Made by a program: the position numbers and the translations under genes
Assembly: GCA_041666865.1 (NCBI GenBank)
Contig: JBAYGD010000005.1
Location: 50,208-114,207 of the forward strand
DNA from: Candidatus Omnitrophota bacterium
GTDB taxonomy: Bacteria; Omnitrophota; Omnitrophia; Omnitrophales; Aquincolibacteriaceae
Length of the DNA: 64,000 nt
Reading direction: 5' to 3'
The notes under the pieces: generated by a model
Databases searched by the model: none
What the model saw: only the letters and a program-made list of their open reading frames with translations
Told to the model about the DNA's origin: nothing
Shown here: in pieces, positions 54,942 to 64,000 of the stretch
Layout of the letters: each line of letters begins with the position of its first letter
Position numbering within the stretch: the first letter of the stretch is position 1

Positions 54942-56318
54942 TTATCGGTGGAGCCTTGTTGCTCTTGAGCTCATGGGTTCTCTTTTTTTCTGACCCGATG
55001 GGCCATGGGAAGCCCAGAGATACTTCCGTGTTTCATTCACGACCACTTTGTTTAACAGAATGAGGGATACAAGGTTCGGCAGGGCCATGAATGCGTTCGC
55101 GATATCGGCAAAAGTCCAGACCACAGGCATGCTGACCACCGAGCCCACCATGACTGCCGCAACCCACAGCCAGCGGTAGGGCAAAACCGCCGCATGACCG
55201 AATAAATATTCGATCGCCCGCTCGCCGTAATACGACCAGCCAAGAATGGTCGAAAAGACGAACGTCAGGAGGCCGAGGGAAAGGATCACCGGGCCGATAA
55301 CCGGAATGGCCGCAAACGCCGTTTGAGTAAGGGCCGCGCCGTTCAGTCCGCGCACCCACGCCCCGGAATTGACGATGACCAAGCCGGTCATGGCGCACAC
55401 CACGACCGTGTCCCAGAACGTGCCGGTCGAGGACACGAGGGCCTGCTCGACGGGGTTTTTCGTTTTCGCGGCCGCGGCCACGATGGGCGCACTCCCAAGG
55501 CCCGATTCGTTTGAGAACAGTCCGCGCGCAACGCCGTAGCGGATTGCGTCGCGGATTCCCGCACCGGCAAAGCCGCCGATTGCGGCCTGCCCCGTCAAGG
55601 CCGTGCCGATAATCTCGAGGACAGTCTGAGGGAGGCTATGCCATCGCATGAAAAGGAGGATCAGACACCCCCCGCAATAACCGATTGCCATGAACGGAAC
55701 CAGCATTTCACAGACTTTCGCGATCGACTGAATACCGCCCAATATCACGACCGCTGTCAGAAGGGTCATGATGGCGCCGCTGATCCAGGGGGAGACGTGA
55801 AAAGTTTGTTCGACCATCGTCGCAATCGAATTCGCCTGAACGGTATTGCCGATTCCAAAAGCAGCAATCGCCGTAAAGGCTGCAAAGCAGACCGCCATCC
55901 ATTTCGACTTGAGCCCGAGCGCCATCACGTACATCGGCCCGCCCGCAAAATGCCCCCGGTGCGTTTTGATTCGGTACTTGATGGAAAGGACCGCTTCCGC
56001 GTATTTGGTTGCAATCCCGAAAACGCCTGTGAGCCACATCCACAGGACCGCACCCGGACCGCCCAGAGCAATGGCAGTCGAAACGCCGACGATATTTCCT
56101 GTTCCGATCGTTGCGGCAAGCGCCGTGGTCAGAGCGCCGAAATGGCCGACATCCCCGCGCCCTTCCCCGGTTTTCTTCAAGGACAGCCGGATGGCCTGGC
56201 CTAAAAATCCCTGGATCCACTTCAGGCGGAAGGTCAAAAACAGGTGCGTGCCGCAAAGCAGGATAATGAGAGGCCAACCCCACAGGACATCGCTGATACT
56301 CTGAAGAATTTTTTCCAT
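54942..56318 (-). CDS. agcS: sodium:alanine (amino acid) symporter family transporter
   Basis: 458 aa. ...ALTTALAATIGTGNIVGVSTAIALGGPGAVLWMW... is the AGCS family signature. Confidence 0.85.
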   Translation of the reverse strand: MEKILQSISDVLWGWPLIILLCGTHLFLTFRLKWIQGFLGQAIRLSLKKTGEGRGDVGHFGALTTALAATIGTGNIVGVSTAIALGGPGAVLWMWLTGVFGIATKYAEAVLSIKYRIKTHRGHFAGGPMYVMALGLKSKWMAVCFAAFTAIAAFGIGNTVQANSIATMVEQTFHVSPWISGAIMTLLTAVVILGGIQSIAKVCEMLVPFMAIGYCGGCLILLFMRWHSLPQTVLEIIGTALTGQAAIGGFAGAGIRDAIRYGVARGLFSNESGLGSAPIVAAAAKTKNPVEQALVSSTGTFWDTVVVCAMTGLVIVNSGAWVRGLNGAALTQTAFAAIPVIGPVILSLGLLTFVFSTILGWSYYGERAIEYLFGHAAVLPYRWLWVAAVMVGSVVSMPVVWTFADIANAFMALPNLVSLILLNKVVVNETRKYLWASHGPSGQKKREPMSSRATRLHR

Positions 56319-56369
56319 GGATGGATAGGCATTATAAGGAATGCGGGAGGAAAAATCTATAGCCCCCTG

Positions 56370-58115
56370 TTAAACTTTCGGGGTTGGGTTGGCGGCCTTG
56401 TCCTCCTTCTCTTCGGGTCCGAGGACCTCGACATCCCCGACCCCCAGGATCCGCTCTCCTTTGAGCGTTTCGCCGCGTAAAATCGCCGAGGTGTCTCCCG
56501 GGTGAAAGATGGGCAGCGGCTCGCCCCGCAGGTCCCAGACCAGATCGAATTCGCACAAAAGATCATTCAGGCCGTCCTTGTCGACGTCTTGCGCGCGGCA
56601 CCCCGCCCAGCAGGCCTCGTATCCCGTCCTTCCGAGGGTCAGAGAATCCGCTCGCACCTCGGTCGCGGTCTCAAAGTTCGGTTTCGCGATCAGGGCCACT
56701 TCCATTCTCTTTCTTTTTTTCTCCATGGCCTGGTCCGGCAAAACGATCCGGTGATCCGGACGATCCGGCTGAATCTCGAGGGCCACTCCCTTTTGCGGAC
56801 GGACCAGAAATTTCAGAAGGAATATGTCTTTATTGGGCTTGTCCGCGTCGCTGAGGCCATAGGGCTGAGTCGTCCCGGCCACATAGACCTCCGGCTTGAT
56901 CCATGCCACGCCGGCCGAAGTCGTCGTCTGGTCTCCGAGGTTGAAAAAATGTTTCCCGAGGACCGTCCCGTAAGAAGGGTCCACCTCCAGCAACAGGAGG
57001 TCCCGCGTGGACAACAATTCCCCCACCGGCCTTTGCTCAATATGAGCGGAGACGAAGAGCCGGTCCTCACCGGCCGCAAGCCCCGAAAGCCCCATCTGGA
57101 GCGTATCGACTGTTTTCGTGTCGCCCTCCCAGTTCGTTTCCCACAGAAGCTTCCCGTCCGGCCTAAAGCTCATGAGCAGCAAATGCCCCGGGCTGTTTAA
57201 CTTCGGCAGTTTCAGCTTCGAGGCCGCCACGTAAATCAAGCCTCCTTCGAAAAGAACCCGGGCTTCGAGCCCGTTCTGCGTGAGGACGTCGGGGTCAAGA
57301 CCGGCGGTCATCAAACCGGCGCTTGTTTTCATCCACTCCAGATGCCCCTGCGGGTCATACCGCCACAAGGTCAGATGCGGCGGCAAGCCGGACTCTTTGG
57401 CGGCATCCGCAACGTCGGCCGATTTGGAAAAACCGGCCACATAGACCGTCCCTTCGACCAGAATCACATCCGTCCCGCCGCTCAAAGCAAGGTGGCAGTC
57501 CTCGGCGAGCGACCGGAACCACAAAAGTTTTCCTTCGCCGTTATATTTGACAAGGATCGCTGCGCTGGCCTGTCCCGGCCTTCCGGCGTAGCCGGTCGCA
57601 TAAATTTCGTCGGAGCCGTTGACCGTAGCGGCTGCCACCGCGCGAAAGCTCCCCCATTGAAAGCCGTACACGCTCTTCGTGTCCGCAGCCCATACGGGCT
57701 TGCCGCTTTTGAGATCTTCCCCGACCGGAAATTTTACGAGCCGGGGCGAGACCTCACCCGTTCGCCTGAGCGACGTCTGAATGGAACTTGCGCCCGAAGC
57801 GTAAACGGCATCCCCCAGGACGGCGATGTCCGTAAAAGCGGTGGAGAGCACAGTCCTCTTCTCGACGGGCCAGAGGAAATTGACGTCGGGCTTCTTTTCG
57901 AGGGGCATGGTGTGGGCGGTCACAAGCGCCCGCTCGCTTGTGCGGGTCGTATCGAGACCGGAAATAAAAAGTTCCCCGTCACGCTCGACCATGGCGGTCG
58001 CAGCCTCGGCCTCGTGATTTTCGTGGATGAACCGGTCCTTGTATTCGAGCGCCGTGTCAGCCGACACAGGGCCCGTCACAAGAATCAGAACGAGCAGCAG
58101 AGAAACGGCGCGCAA
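56370..58115 (-). CDS. secreted beta-propeller-like repeat protein with C-terminal Ca-binding/dockerin-like motif
   Basis: 581 aa. Signal MRAVSLLLVLILVTGPVSA. Repeated ...GTVYVAG / ...IYATGYAG / ...VYVAGTT strands. C-terminal DVDKDGLNDLLCEFD. Confidence 0.45.
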   Translation of the reverse strand: MRAVSLLLVLILVTGPVSADTALEYKDRFIHENHEAEAATAMVERDGELFISGLDTTRTSERALVTAHTMPLEKKPDVNFLWPVEKRTVLSTAFTDIAVLGDAVYASGASSIQTSLRRTGEVSPRLVKFPVGEDLKSGKPVWAADTKSVYGFQWGSFRAVAAATVNGSDEIYATGYAGRPGQASAAILVKYNGEGKLLWFRSLAEDCHLALSGGTDVILVEGTVYVAGFSKSADVADAAKESGLPPHLTLWRYDPQGHLEWMKTSAGLMTAGLDPDVLTQNGLEARVLFEGGLIYVAASKLKLPKLNSPGHLLLMSFRPDGKLLWETNWEGDTKTVDTLQMGLSGLAAGEDRLFVSAHIEQRPVGELLSTRDLLLLEVDPSYGTVLGKHFFNLGDQTTTSAGVAWIKPEVYVAGTTQPYGLSDADKPNKDIFLLKFLVRPQKGVALEIQPDRPDHRIVLPDQAMEKKRKRMEVALIAKPNFETATEVRADSLTLGRTGYEACWAGCRAQDVDKDGLNDLLCEFDLVWDLRGEPLPIFHPGDTSAILRGETLKGERILGVGDVEVLGPEEKEDKAANPTPKV

Positions 58116-58143
58116 AAGGGCCTCGCCTTCCGGGGTCTTTGGG

Positions 58144-59001
58144 TTAATAAACCGCCGGCACGAATTTTTGCTTGTTCAAAGGAGGGCGTTTATAGCCTTT
58201 GTCCTTCTGCCTCTTCGGAATCTCGAGTTTCTTCTGGGTCACGTCTTTATAGGGAATCCGGGACAAAAGATGCGCCATGCAATTCAAGCGCGCACATTTT
58301 TTATCATCCGCGTCCACCACAAACCAGGGAGAATGCTTCGTGTCCGTGTATTCGAACATCACGTCTTTGGCCTTGGAATAGTCCACCCAGCGGGCCCGGG
58401 CTTCAAGGTCCATCGGGCTGAGCTTCCAGCGCCGGGCGGGATCCTTGAATCTTTCCTGGAAGCGCGCTTCCTGGACGTCGTCGGAGACCGAAAACCAGTA
58501 CTTGATGAGGATGATCCCCGCATGGATCAGCATCTTCTCGAACTCGGGGCAAAAATTCAAAAAATCCCAATATTCCTTGTCCGTGCAAAAACCCATCACG
58601 CGCTCCACGCCGGCCCGATTGTACCAGCTGCGGTCAAAAAGCACCATCTCGCCGGCAGACGGCAGATAGGCGGCATAGCGCTGAAAATACCACTGGGTTC
58701 TTTCCTTCTCGGTGGGAGTGCCCAAAGCTGCGGTCCGCACGATGCGCGGATTCGTAAGGGCCGAAAGGCGCTTGATGACGCCCCCCTTGCCGGCCGCGTC
58801 CCGCCCTTCGAAGAGCACCACTACTTTGAGGCCTTTGAGCTTGATCCACTCCTGCAGCTTGACCATTTCGGTTTGCAGCCGTTCGATCTCCCGGTTATAA
58901 ATCTTGCTTTTCATTTTCTTGGACAAACCGTTTAACTTCCCGGTTTTCCTCTCCAAGGCCTTTTTCATTTCTTTCATCCGTTTATTTTTCTTGCTCATCA
59001 A
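58144..59001 (-). CDS. ppk2: polyphosphate kinase 2 (single-domain PPK2)
   Basis: 285 aa. Walker A EGRDAAGKGG and lid ...FDRSWYNRAG... Confidence 0.85.
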   Translation of the reverse strand: MMSKKNKRMKEMKKALERKTGKLNGLSKKMKSKIYNREIERLQTEMVKLQEWIKLKGLKVVVLFEGRDAAGKGGVIKRLSALTNPRIVRTAALGTPTEKERTQWYFQRYAAYLPSAGEMVLFDRSWYNRAGVERVMGFCTDKEYWDFLNFCPEFEKMLIHAGIILIKYWFSVSDDVQEARFQERFKDPARRWKLSPMDLEARARWVDYSKAKDVMFEYTDTKHSPWFVVDADDKKCARLNCMAHLLSRIPYKDVTQKKLEIPKRQKDKGYKRPPLNKQKFVPAVY

Positions 59002-59044
59002 AGTTCTCCTCTCGGTTTAAAGCTGTCTCAAACCCGTCCCCTCG

Positions 59045-60046
59045 TCACCCCTTGGCGAATAAGCTTCTGATCTTTTTCGAAAACTCCGGGTCCTGATCCG
59101 CCGCCTGAGCGATGGCATTGACCTTGCTTTGGGCGCGAAGCTGCGGGAACGGTTTGCCGAGGGGCTCGAGAAGCCCCCCCTCATAAAGCCGCCGGTCCAC
59201 GGATCCGGTAAGAATCCGGCGCTTCCAGAAAGGCAGGTCATAGAGTTTGGCCTTGACGACGTGGTCCCCGATGGTATTGGTACAGCTTTCGGTCACCGTG
59301 TTGTAGAACTCCGGCTTCTCATGAAGGGCGTTCGTCCGTTCGATCATGCTCACAAAAAGCCTCCGGACTTGGTCCGGAGAAAGCCGGGTCCGGTAAAGGT
59401 ACACGTCTTCTTTGCGGTAGTTCGTGCGCAGGCGCGCGACGTCCCGCTCATCCGCCCACACGTAAATAATCTCGTATTGTTTGAAGAGCCCGTTGAACGT
59501 GCCGTAGCTTTCGCCCACTTCCGGCCGGTATTCGATGGAAACGGCCTGGTAGCGGCCGTCGGCAAAGCCAAAGCTCACGAAAACGTGCGCAACGGCATCC
59601 ACCCCCCAGTAATTGACAAAAATATCCAGGGTCCGGATATCTTTCAGATCGTATTCGCGTGTCTCCCACCGGACGTCAAAATCGTCGACCGTCCGGTAGT
59701 CGGCGTTCCGGATATTGTGGAGCGCGACCCGGTCGCCGTTCAAATCCGCATACGCCGTCTTTTCGACGGCGGGAGGATAATGGGCATTCGTTTTGGGCTG
59801 AATCTGCCATTCGTAGGCCAGCACGCACAAGAATCCCGCAAGCGGCAGGATGACCGCCCATTTTTTGGAACGCAGGACCAGGATGGCGAGCGGGATGGCG
59901 GCCGCGTACGCGTACGCCAGAGCGGTCCTGAGCGGCTCGGGCTGGATCGGCGAAAAGTAAAGCGCCCCGAAACTCCAAAGATGCAGAATCAGAAGAAGAA
60001 CCGGAAGACAAATCCACCGCAGCAAAAACGAAAAGCATGTTCTCAT
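59045..60046 (-). CDS. DUF4105 (Lnb N-terminal periplasmic domain-like) membrane-anchored protein
   Basis: 333 aa. N-terminal TM helices, then a periplasmic domain (...DIFVNYWGVDAVAHVFVSFGF...YEIIYVWADERD...). Family call from memory, low certainty. Confidence 0.4.
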   Translation of the reverse strand: MRTCFSFLLRWICLPVLLLILHLWSFGALYFSPIQPEPLRTALAYAYAAAIPLAILVLRSKKWAVILPLAGFLCVLAYEWQIQPKTNAHYPPAVEKTAYADLNGDRVALHNIRNADYRTVDDFDVRWETREYDLKDIRTLDIFVNYWGVDAVAHVFVSFGFADGRYQAVSIEYRPEVGESYGTFNGLFKQYEIIYVWADERDVARLRTNYRKEDVYLYRTRLSPDQVRRLFVSMIERTNALHEKPEFYNTVTESCTNTIGDHVVKAKLYDLPFWKRRILTGSVDRRLYEGGLLEPLGKPFPQLRAQSKVNAIAQAADQDPEFSKKIRSLFAKG

Positions 60047-60063
60047 AGCATCTCCTTGACGGG

Positions 60064-60630
60064 TTATTGCCCGAGCAGCCCTTTGCCGAACTCCTTATTG
60101 GGCGGATATTTCAACCACACGGTCAAAAGGGCTTCGATAAAATCACGGCCCTGAATGGCGGCCTTGGACTCCCCTCGGACCAGGATTTCGACCCGGTCGT
60201 CCGTGAAGGAATAAATCATCTCCTCCCCTTTTTTCATGTCGCTCATGGCACCCATCAACTGAGGGATCCTGTCGGAAATGTTCGGATAGGCTTTGGACGC
60301 TTTTTCGAGCCCCTTCGTCCAGGCTTCCCGGGACTGGTCCGCGCTGACATCGCGCTGGAATTTCATGTGAAGCTGCTTGAGCCCCTTCGACTGAATCAGC
60401 GTGTCAGCATCAGTGATTTTTGCCGGCAAATAAAGCCCGGCCACGTAGACACGGATCTTCGCCATGGTTGCAAACCTCGGGCCGAGGCCGTTTAGGACCA
60501 GGGTTTCACTGCCGGCCTTGATCGAATCGGGAAATTCCAAACCTTCGAAATTCGCCGCCTGCAGGCCGCCCGTGGCCAGACATTGAACCGCCATCATCCA
60601 CAAACCGACTTTCAGCATTCTCGACATCAT
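60064..60630 (-). CDS. chalcone isomerase-like secreted protein
   Basis: 188 aa. Signal peptide and the pattern ...TLVLNGLGPRFATMAKIRVYVAGLYLP... typical of bacterial CHI-like proteins. Confidence 0.55.
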   Translation of the reverse strand: MMSRMLKVGLWMMAVQCLATGGLQAANFEGLEFPDSIKAGSETLVLNGLGPRFATMAKIRVYVAGLYLPAKITDADTLIQSKGLKQLHMKFQRDVSADQSREAWTKGLEKASKAYPNISDRIPQLMGAMSDMKKGEEMIYSFTDDRVEILVRGESKAAIQGRDFIEALLTVWLKYPPNKEFGKGLLGQ

Positions 60631-60663
60631 GTTGGGTCCCTCCTGAAAAAATTTTCTCGCATT

Positions 60664-61113
60664 TTATTGCCCGTTCAGGGGCTCACGAATGAAAGACACG
60701 TCAAAGGTTTCCCCGAGGAGCGGCTGGTGATACTCCCCTGTCAGCTGTTCGCTTCGCGGATCGTAACGCAAACGGTAGGTCGCACCGGGGTAATTCCTGT
60801 CGGTCAGCTCAACGAAGACCGACAGAACCCCGCCGTCTTGACTCCATTCGGAGCGCGAAACATGGATCGGATTCGGATTGAAATAAGCCGCGTCGAGTTT
60901 CCCGCCGTCTTGAACACCCCGGATGTCGATCACATACCCACCGTCCGGCCGCACCCACCGCCCCGTGAGGCGATGTTCATCCGTCTTGGCGGGGGCATCC
61001 GCCGCCTCGGCGGCCGAAAACACCGGCCAGGGACAGACTGCCAGGATAACACCCACCGCCATTACGGCCGCAAAGAATCTCGTTTTCATGCCCAAGTCCT
61101 CACGCGGTTTCAT
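60664..61113 (-). CDS. secreted hypothetical protein
   Basis: 149 aa. Probable start at the internal MKTRFFAAVMAVGVILAVCPWPVFSA (61089). Overlaps the upstream gene if started at 61113. Confidence 0.4.
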   Translation of the reverse strand: MKPREDLGMKTRFFAAVMAVGVILAVCPWPVFSAAEAADAPAKTDEHRLTGRWVRPDGGYVIDIRGVQDGGKLDAAYFNPNPIHVSRSEWSQDGGVLSVFVELTDRNYPGATYRLRYDPRSEQLTGEYHQPLLGETFDVSFIREPLNGQ

Positions 61114-61997
61114 TCCTCATTTTTATCCTCCGGCGCATGCCGGTACCGGTCCCAAAGCCCGCCGGCATTCTTCCAGAAATTCGGGAAAAGAAAGGTGATT
61201 CCCACGCTGACTCCGTAGCGAGGGTACGCCCTCTCGCTGCCGGAAAAATTCCAGTACGGCTGAACATACCAGCTGATCATATGGCCGCGAAGGTTGAACG
61301 TATTGCCCGCCCCGAAGTCGACCGGGAAGACCTTTTCGCCCCGCTCGAGATTAAAATAAATCTGCGGCTGAGAGCGGACAAACCAGCCCCGCCCTAGCTG
61401 ATAGGTCACGAAAGGCTGCAGGAAAAGATCGTTGACCGGGCGCCGGTCCTTATCGCCGCCCACCGACATCGGATTCTGGACAATCAACCCCGCAAGACAG
61501 CGCTTCGACATAACGGCAAATCCGCCGGCTGGTCCGATCTGCCACTTCCCCTGCCCGAACCTGCGGTCGTCCGCCGTGGGCATTACCAAAGTGGGCCCGA
61601 TCCCCCACAGGAAGTGTTTCCTTTCCCGCAAGATAGCCAGGTCCATAAAACGCAGATCGCCGCCCCCCGTTTTATGGTCCGGATTCGTCAAGACCGCAGG
61701 AATCGTCAAGCGGGTCAAATGGCGAATCGGCAGCAACCGGTATGCGGGAAGCGGCATGGTAACATCGATGCCAAAAAGGTTGCTTTTTCCCGACAAATGT
61801 TCGTACTTCGGAATCCAAGTATCCCGGAGGCGGACTTGCATGATGGACGAAAGCGGAGCATTCGCCTGATTGGCGAGTTCTTCCCGCGTCAGAGCAGGCC
61901 CCTCGGGCCGGGCGCCCCAAGCATTTCCAAGGAGGACTACCCATAGAAACAGGAATCCGGCCCCGTTAAGGAGGCGAGCCTTCCATCGTTTTTTCAT
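61110..61997 (-). CDS. putative outer-membrane beta-barrel protein (transporter/MetA-like family)
   Basis: 295 aa. Signal peptide, alternating amphipathic beta-strand pattern, and an aromatic C-terminal region. Confidence 0.4.
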   Translation of the reverse strand: MKKRWKARLLNGAGFLFLWVVLLGNAWGARPEGPALTREELANQANAPLSSIMQVRLRDTWIPKYEHLSGKSNLFGIDVTMPLPAYRLLPIRHLTRLTIPAVLTNPDHKTGGGDLRFMDLAILRERKHFLWGIGPTLVMPTADDRRFGQGKWQIGPAGGFAVMSKRCLAGLIVQNPMSVGGDKDRRPVNDLFLQPFVTYQLGRGWFVRSQPQIYFNLERGEKVFPVDFGAGNTFNLRGHMISWYVQPYWNFSGSERAYPRYGVSVGITFLFPNFWKNAGGLWDRYRHAPEDKNEE

Positions 61998-62002
61998 GAA
62001 GA

Positions 62003-62743
62003 TTAGATCCAGCCCTGACGTTCGAATGCCTGCCGGAGTTTCGACGCCACCAGCTTGGCAATCCGCCGGCCTTCCCCTTCGATGGTGTCCTTGCCGGTCA
62101 CTTCACCGGCCCCCTTCACGCTGCTGCCGACAATGACGCCGACCGGATTTGCGGTCGCAATCGCGACGGCAATGCCAACGGCCGCTCCGGGGGTTTTGGC
62201 GCCGTCGGCGCTGGCTTCCCCACCCGCAAGATACTTCAAGCCGGTCGCGGTCATTTGATAACCCTCCACCCTCACTTTCAATTCGGCGTTCCCGGAACCG
62301 AAGCCGAGCCCCATGCGCTGGGCCGCGCTGCCTTCGTCAAGAGTCATAAAATAGCCTTTGATCACAATGTCCCCTTGACGGGGAGGAGTCGCTTTTGCGG
62401 AGCGTGTTGCAATCAGCCCCATCCCTTGGATTTCAGAGGCCAAATCACTTGCGATTTGGACACCCAGCTTCCGGCCGACCTCCCCGCTCTCGACAGAATT
62501 CGGCGCGGTCTTAGCGGACAATTGGCTCCGCAACGGAGAAGTTGCCGGCACATCGGACAGATTGGAAGTAAAATCATCAATGAGGATCCGCTTGGGTCTC
62601 GCAATCTTGGGGCCCGTATACTTCGTTTCGGACGTCACCTCCGTCGAGGCGCACCCGGCAAAAACGGCCAGAAGCAGACACCCTGCCATCCACTTGAAGG
62701 GGGATCGATATTTTCCGGAATCTTTTCTGACCGTCATGGACAT
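62003..62743 (-). CDS. lipoprotein (DUF4410-like)
   Basis: Start at ATG 62743 (MSMTVRKD, GGAG 8 nt upstream). Lipobox LLLAVFAGCAS. The listed ORF extends to 63010 and overlaps the next gene. Confidence 0.5.
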   Translation of the reverse strand: MSMTVRKDSGKYRSPFKWMAGCLLLAVFAGCASTEVTSETKYTGPKIARPKRILIDDFTSNLSDVPATSPLRSQLSAKTAPNSVESGEVGRKLGVQIASDLASEIQGMGLIATRSAKATPPRQGDIVIKGYFMTLDEGSAAQRMGLGFGSGNAELKVRVEGYQMTATGLKYLAGGEASADGAKTPGAAVGIAVAIATANPVGVIVGSSVKGAGEVTGKDTIEGEGRRIAKLVASKLRQAFERQGWI

Positions 62744-62763
62744 CGGTGCAGCTCCTTTAGTTT

Positions 62764-63573
62764 TTAGGGTTCCGCCATCATGGTTTGAGAGGATTTCACT
62801 TCCAATTGCTTCTGCAAGGCAAGCATGGTGTCCTGGGAGTTTTTGATCAGGCCCCTGCGGGGGCTGTCGAGGTCCGCAATCAAAACGATGACGGCCGAAA
62901 ACGTCAAGGCCAGGATGATGGCCCCTAGAACGCTTCTCGTCCCGTCGATTCCGAATTGGTAGCCGACGGCCAGCATGGACAAGCCGGTCATAAAATAAAG
63001 GGAGAGCCAAATGACCCCCGGAATCCGCTTGGTCTGCCCCAGCATTACCCGCTCCGAATGGACGTCGATGACCTCGTTTAACGCCTGGACAAAAAGCCCG
63101 GTCAGGACGGTGGGCGGATTTTTATCCGCCAAAACCGCCGCCCGGGCCCAAAGGGCATCCAGGATCTCTTCGGACCGCCGGATGGAAGCCTCCGTTTTGC
63201 CGAGCTCGGTCCCTGTCAAACGGAGCCGGACATACTCGCGCAAAAAATCGCGGATTTCGGAGCGTGCGGGCTGCGGAATAAAATCCGCCCGCAAATAAAG
63301 CGTCCCAATGGCATTGGACTCCTTCAGGACCCCCATGCGCCTGGCCTCGAAGTTGGAACCCGCCATTCCAAAAGTAAAAGCCAGAATAAAAGCCAGCAGC
63401 CCAAGCATCGCGCCGACCAGCGTGCCGATCGGAGCATCGGTTTCACACGGATTGCGCTTGCGGCTCGCTCTTCCGTAACGCAGGCCCGCTTCGATCGCAA
63501 TCAACACCACAAGCACCGTCAAAAAAAACAGCGCTTCGAAAGGGGCCTGCTGAAAAACTTTGTCGAGAGTCAT
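62764..63573 (-). CDS. DUF4239-like membrane protein
   Basis: 269 aa with several TM helices. Family call from memory. Confidence 0.4.
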   Translation of the reverse strand: MTLDKVFQQAPFEALFFLTVLVVLIAIEAGLRYGRASRKRNPCETDAPIGTLVGAMLGLLAFILAFTFGMAGSNFEARRMGVLKESNAIGTLYLRADFIPQPARSEIRDFLREYVRLRLTGTELGKTEASIRRSEEILDALWARAAVLADKNPPTVLTGLFVQALNEVIDVHSERVMLGQTKRIPGVIWLSLYFMTGLSMLAVGYQFGIDGTRSVLGAIILALTFSAVIVLIADLDSPRRGLIKNSQDTMLALQKQLEVKSSQTMMAEP

Positions 63574-64000
63574 GAACCTTTTCCTTTCAGCTCGAAATCG
63601 GAGGATTTCAGATGGAGATCACGCTGGGGAAAAGGAATGGTGATCCCTTTTTCTTTGAATTGCTCATAAATCGAAAAATTGATCTCGCTTTTGACCTCCA
63701 GGCGGTCCGCCACGTCCGTCCAGTAGAACACCTTGAAAAGAAGCGCGCTTTCCGCGAATTCCTCGAAAATGACAAACGGTTCCGGACGCGCGAGAATCCT
63801 GGAGTTGGCCTTCGCAATCCCGAGAAGGATTTGCTTCACGAGCGCCACGTCCGACCCATAAGCGACTCCGATCCGCGATTCCACACGGACCGTCCGGTCG
63901 GAATGGCTCCAGTTGACCACTCGGCGGTTCAGAAAATCGGAATTGGGCACCACCATCGAGATATTGTCGAAGGAATTGACGATGGTGCTCCGGGTCCGGA
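63570..64000 (-). CDS. mechanosensitive channel MscS-family protein, C-terminal part (5' end beyond window)
   Basis: MscS beta/alpha-beta C-terminal domain pattern (...VVNWSHSDRTVRVESRIGVAYGSDV...). The ORF is open to the window edge. Confidence 0.55.
   Translation of the reverse strand, partial: RTRSTIVNSFDNISMVVPNSDFLNRRVVNWSHSDRTVRVESRIGVAYGSDVALVKQILLGIAKANSRILARPEPFVIFEEFAESALLFKVFYWTDVADRLEVKSEINFSIYEQFKEKGITIPFPQRDLHLKSSDFELKGKGS

Noticed and set aside
56319-56369. Glycine riboswitch upstream of agcS (common for this transporter family)
   Set aside because: Only 51 nt separate agcS from the upstream gene's stop. That is too short for a tandem glycine aptamer, and no conserved aptamer motifs are visible.

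Overview
High-GC (roughly 60% by eye) bacterial chromosomal segment that looks like it comes from an anaerobe. Genes are densely packed and strongly strand-biased: almost everything from 22.2 kb to 47.6 kb is on the minus strand.

Recognisable content:
- 1-6.4 kb: a redox module. It has canonical nfnAB, a Rex repressor, an AhpD-like gene, a NuoE-like gene, and a NuoF-like::GltD-like fusion gene that runs off the window start. The ORF track omits the fusion because it has no in-window stop.
- 6.4-20.5 kb: envelope and housekeeping genes (RlpA-like, SH3b-NlpC/P60, GlpD, AmrS+AmrA, membrane-fused SpeE, TerC, and others).
- Five tRNA genes: Leu-TAG, Lys-CTT, Arg-TCG, Phe-GAA and Met-CAT. Families of small hairpin/direct repeats flank them.
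- A 71-73 bp element with perfect 27-bp inverted arms is present twice, at 12.56 kb and 22.14 kb.
- 22-39 kb: a long minus-strand housekeeping string (ROK kinase, MauE/DsbA, malQ, nrnA, nnr, pdxJ, cdaA-ybbR, ruvCAB interrupted by a PilZ gene, yebC, folP, ftsH, tilS).

Most striking is 39.3-51.5 kb. Three tandem or divergent paralogous genes encode giant secreted proteins of 1363, 1395 and 1252 aa. Each has a signal peptide, a long Ala/Glu/Lys-rich helical body, a low-complexity linker, and a conserved C-terminal module that I tentatively read as NTF2-like plus a small beta domain. I cannot assign them to any characterised family. A tightly coupled four-gene operon of secreted proteins and lipoproteins follows (Cys-rich-repeat protein, DUF2092/LolA-like, Gly/Arg-rich protein, large lipoprotein). 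The remaining 55-64 kb holds agcS, ppk2 and a run of envelope proteins.

No CRISPR array, integrase, transposase or rRNA was seen. All annotations rest on manual translation and motif memory. No database searches were run.
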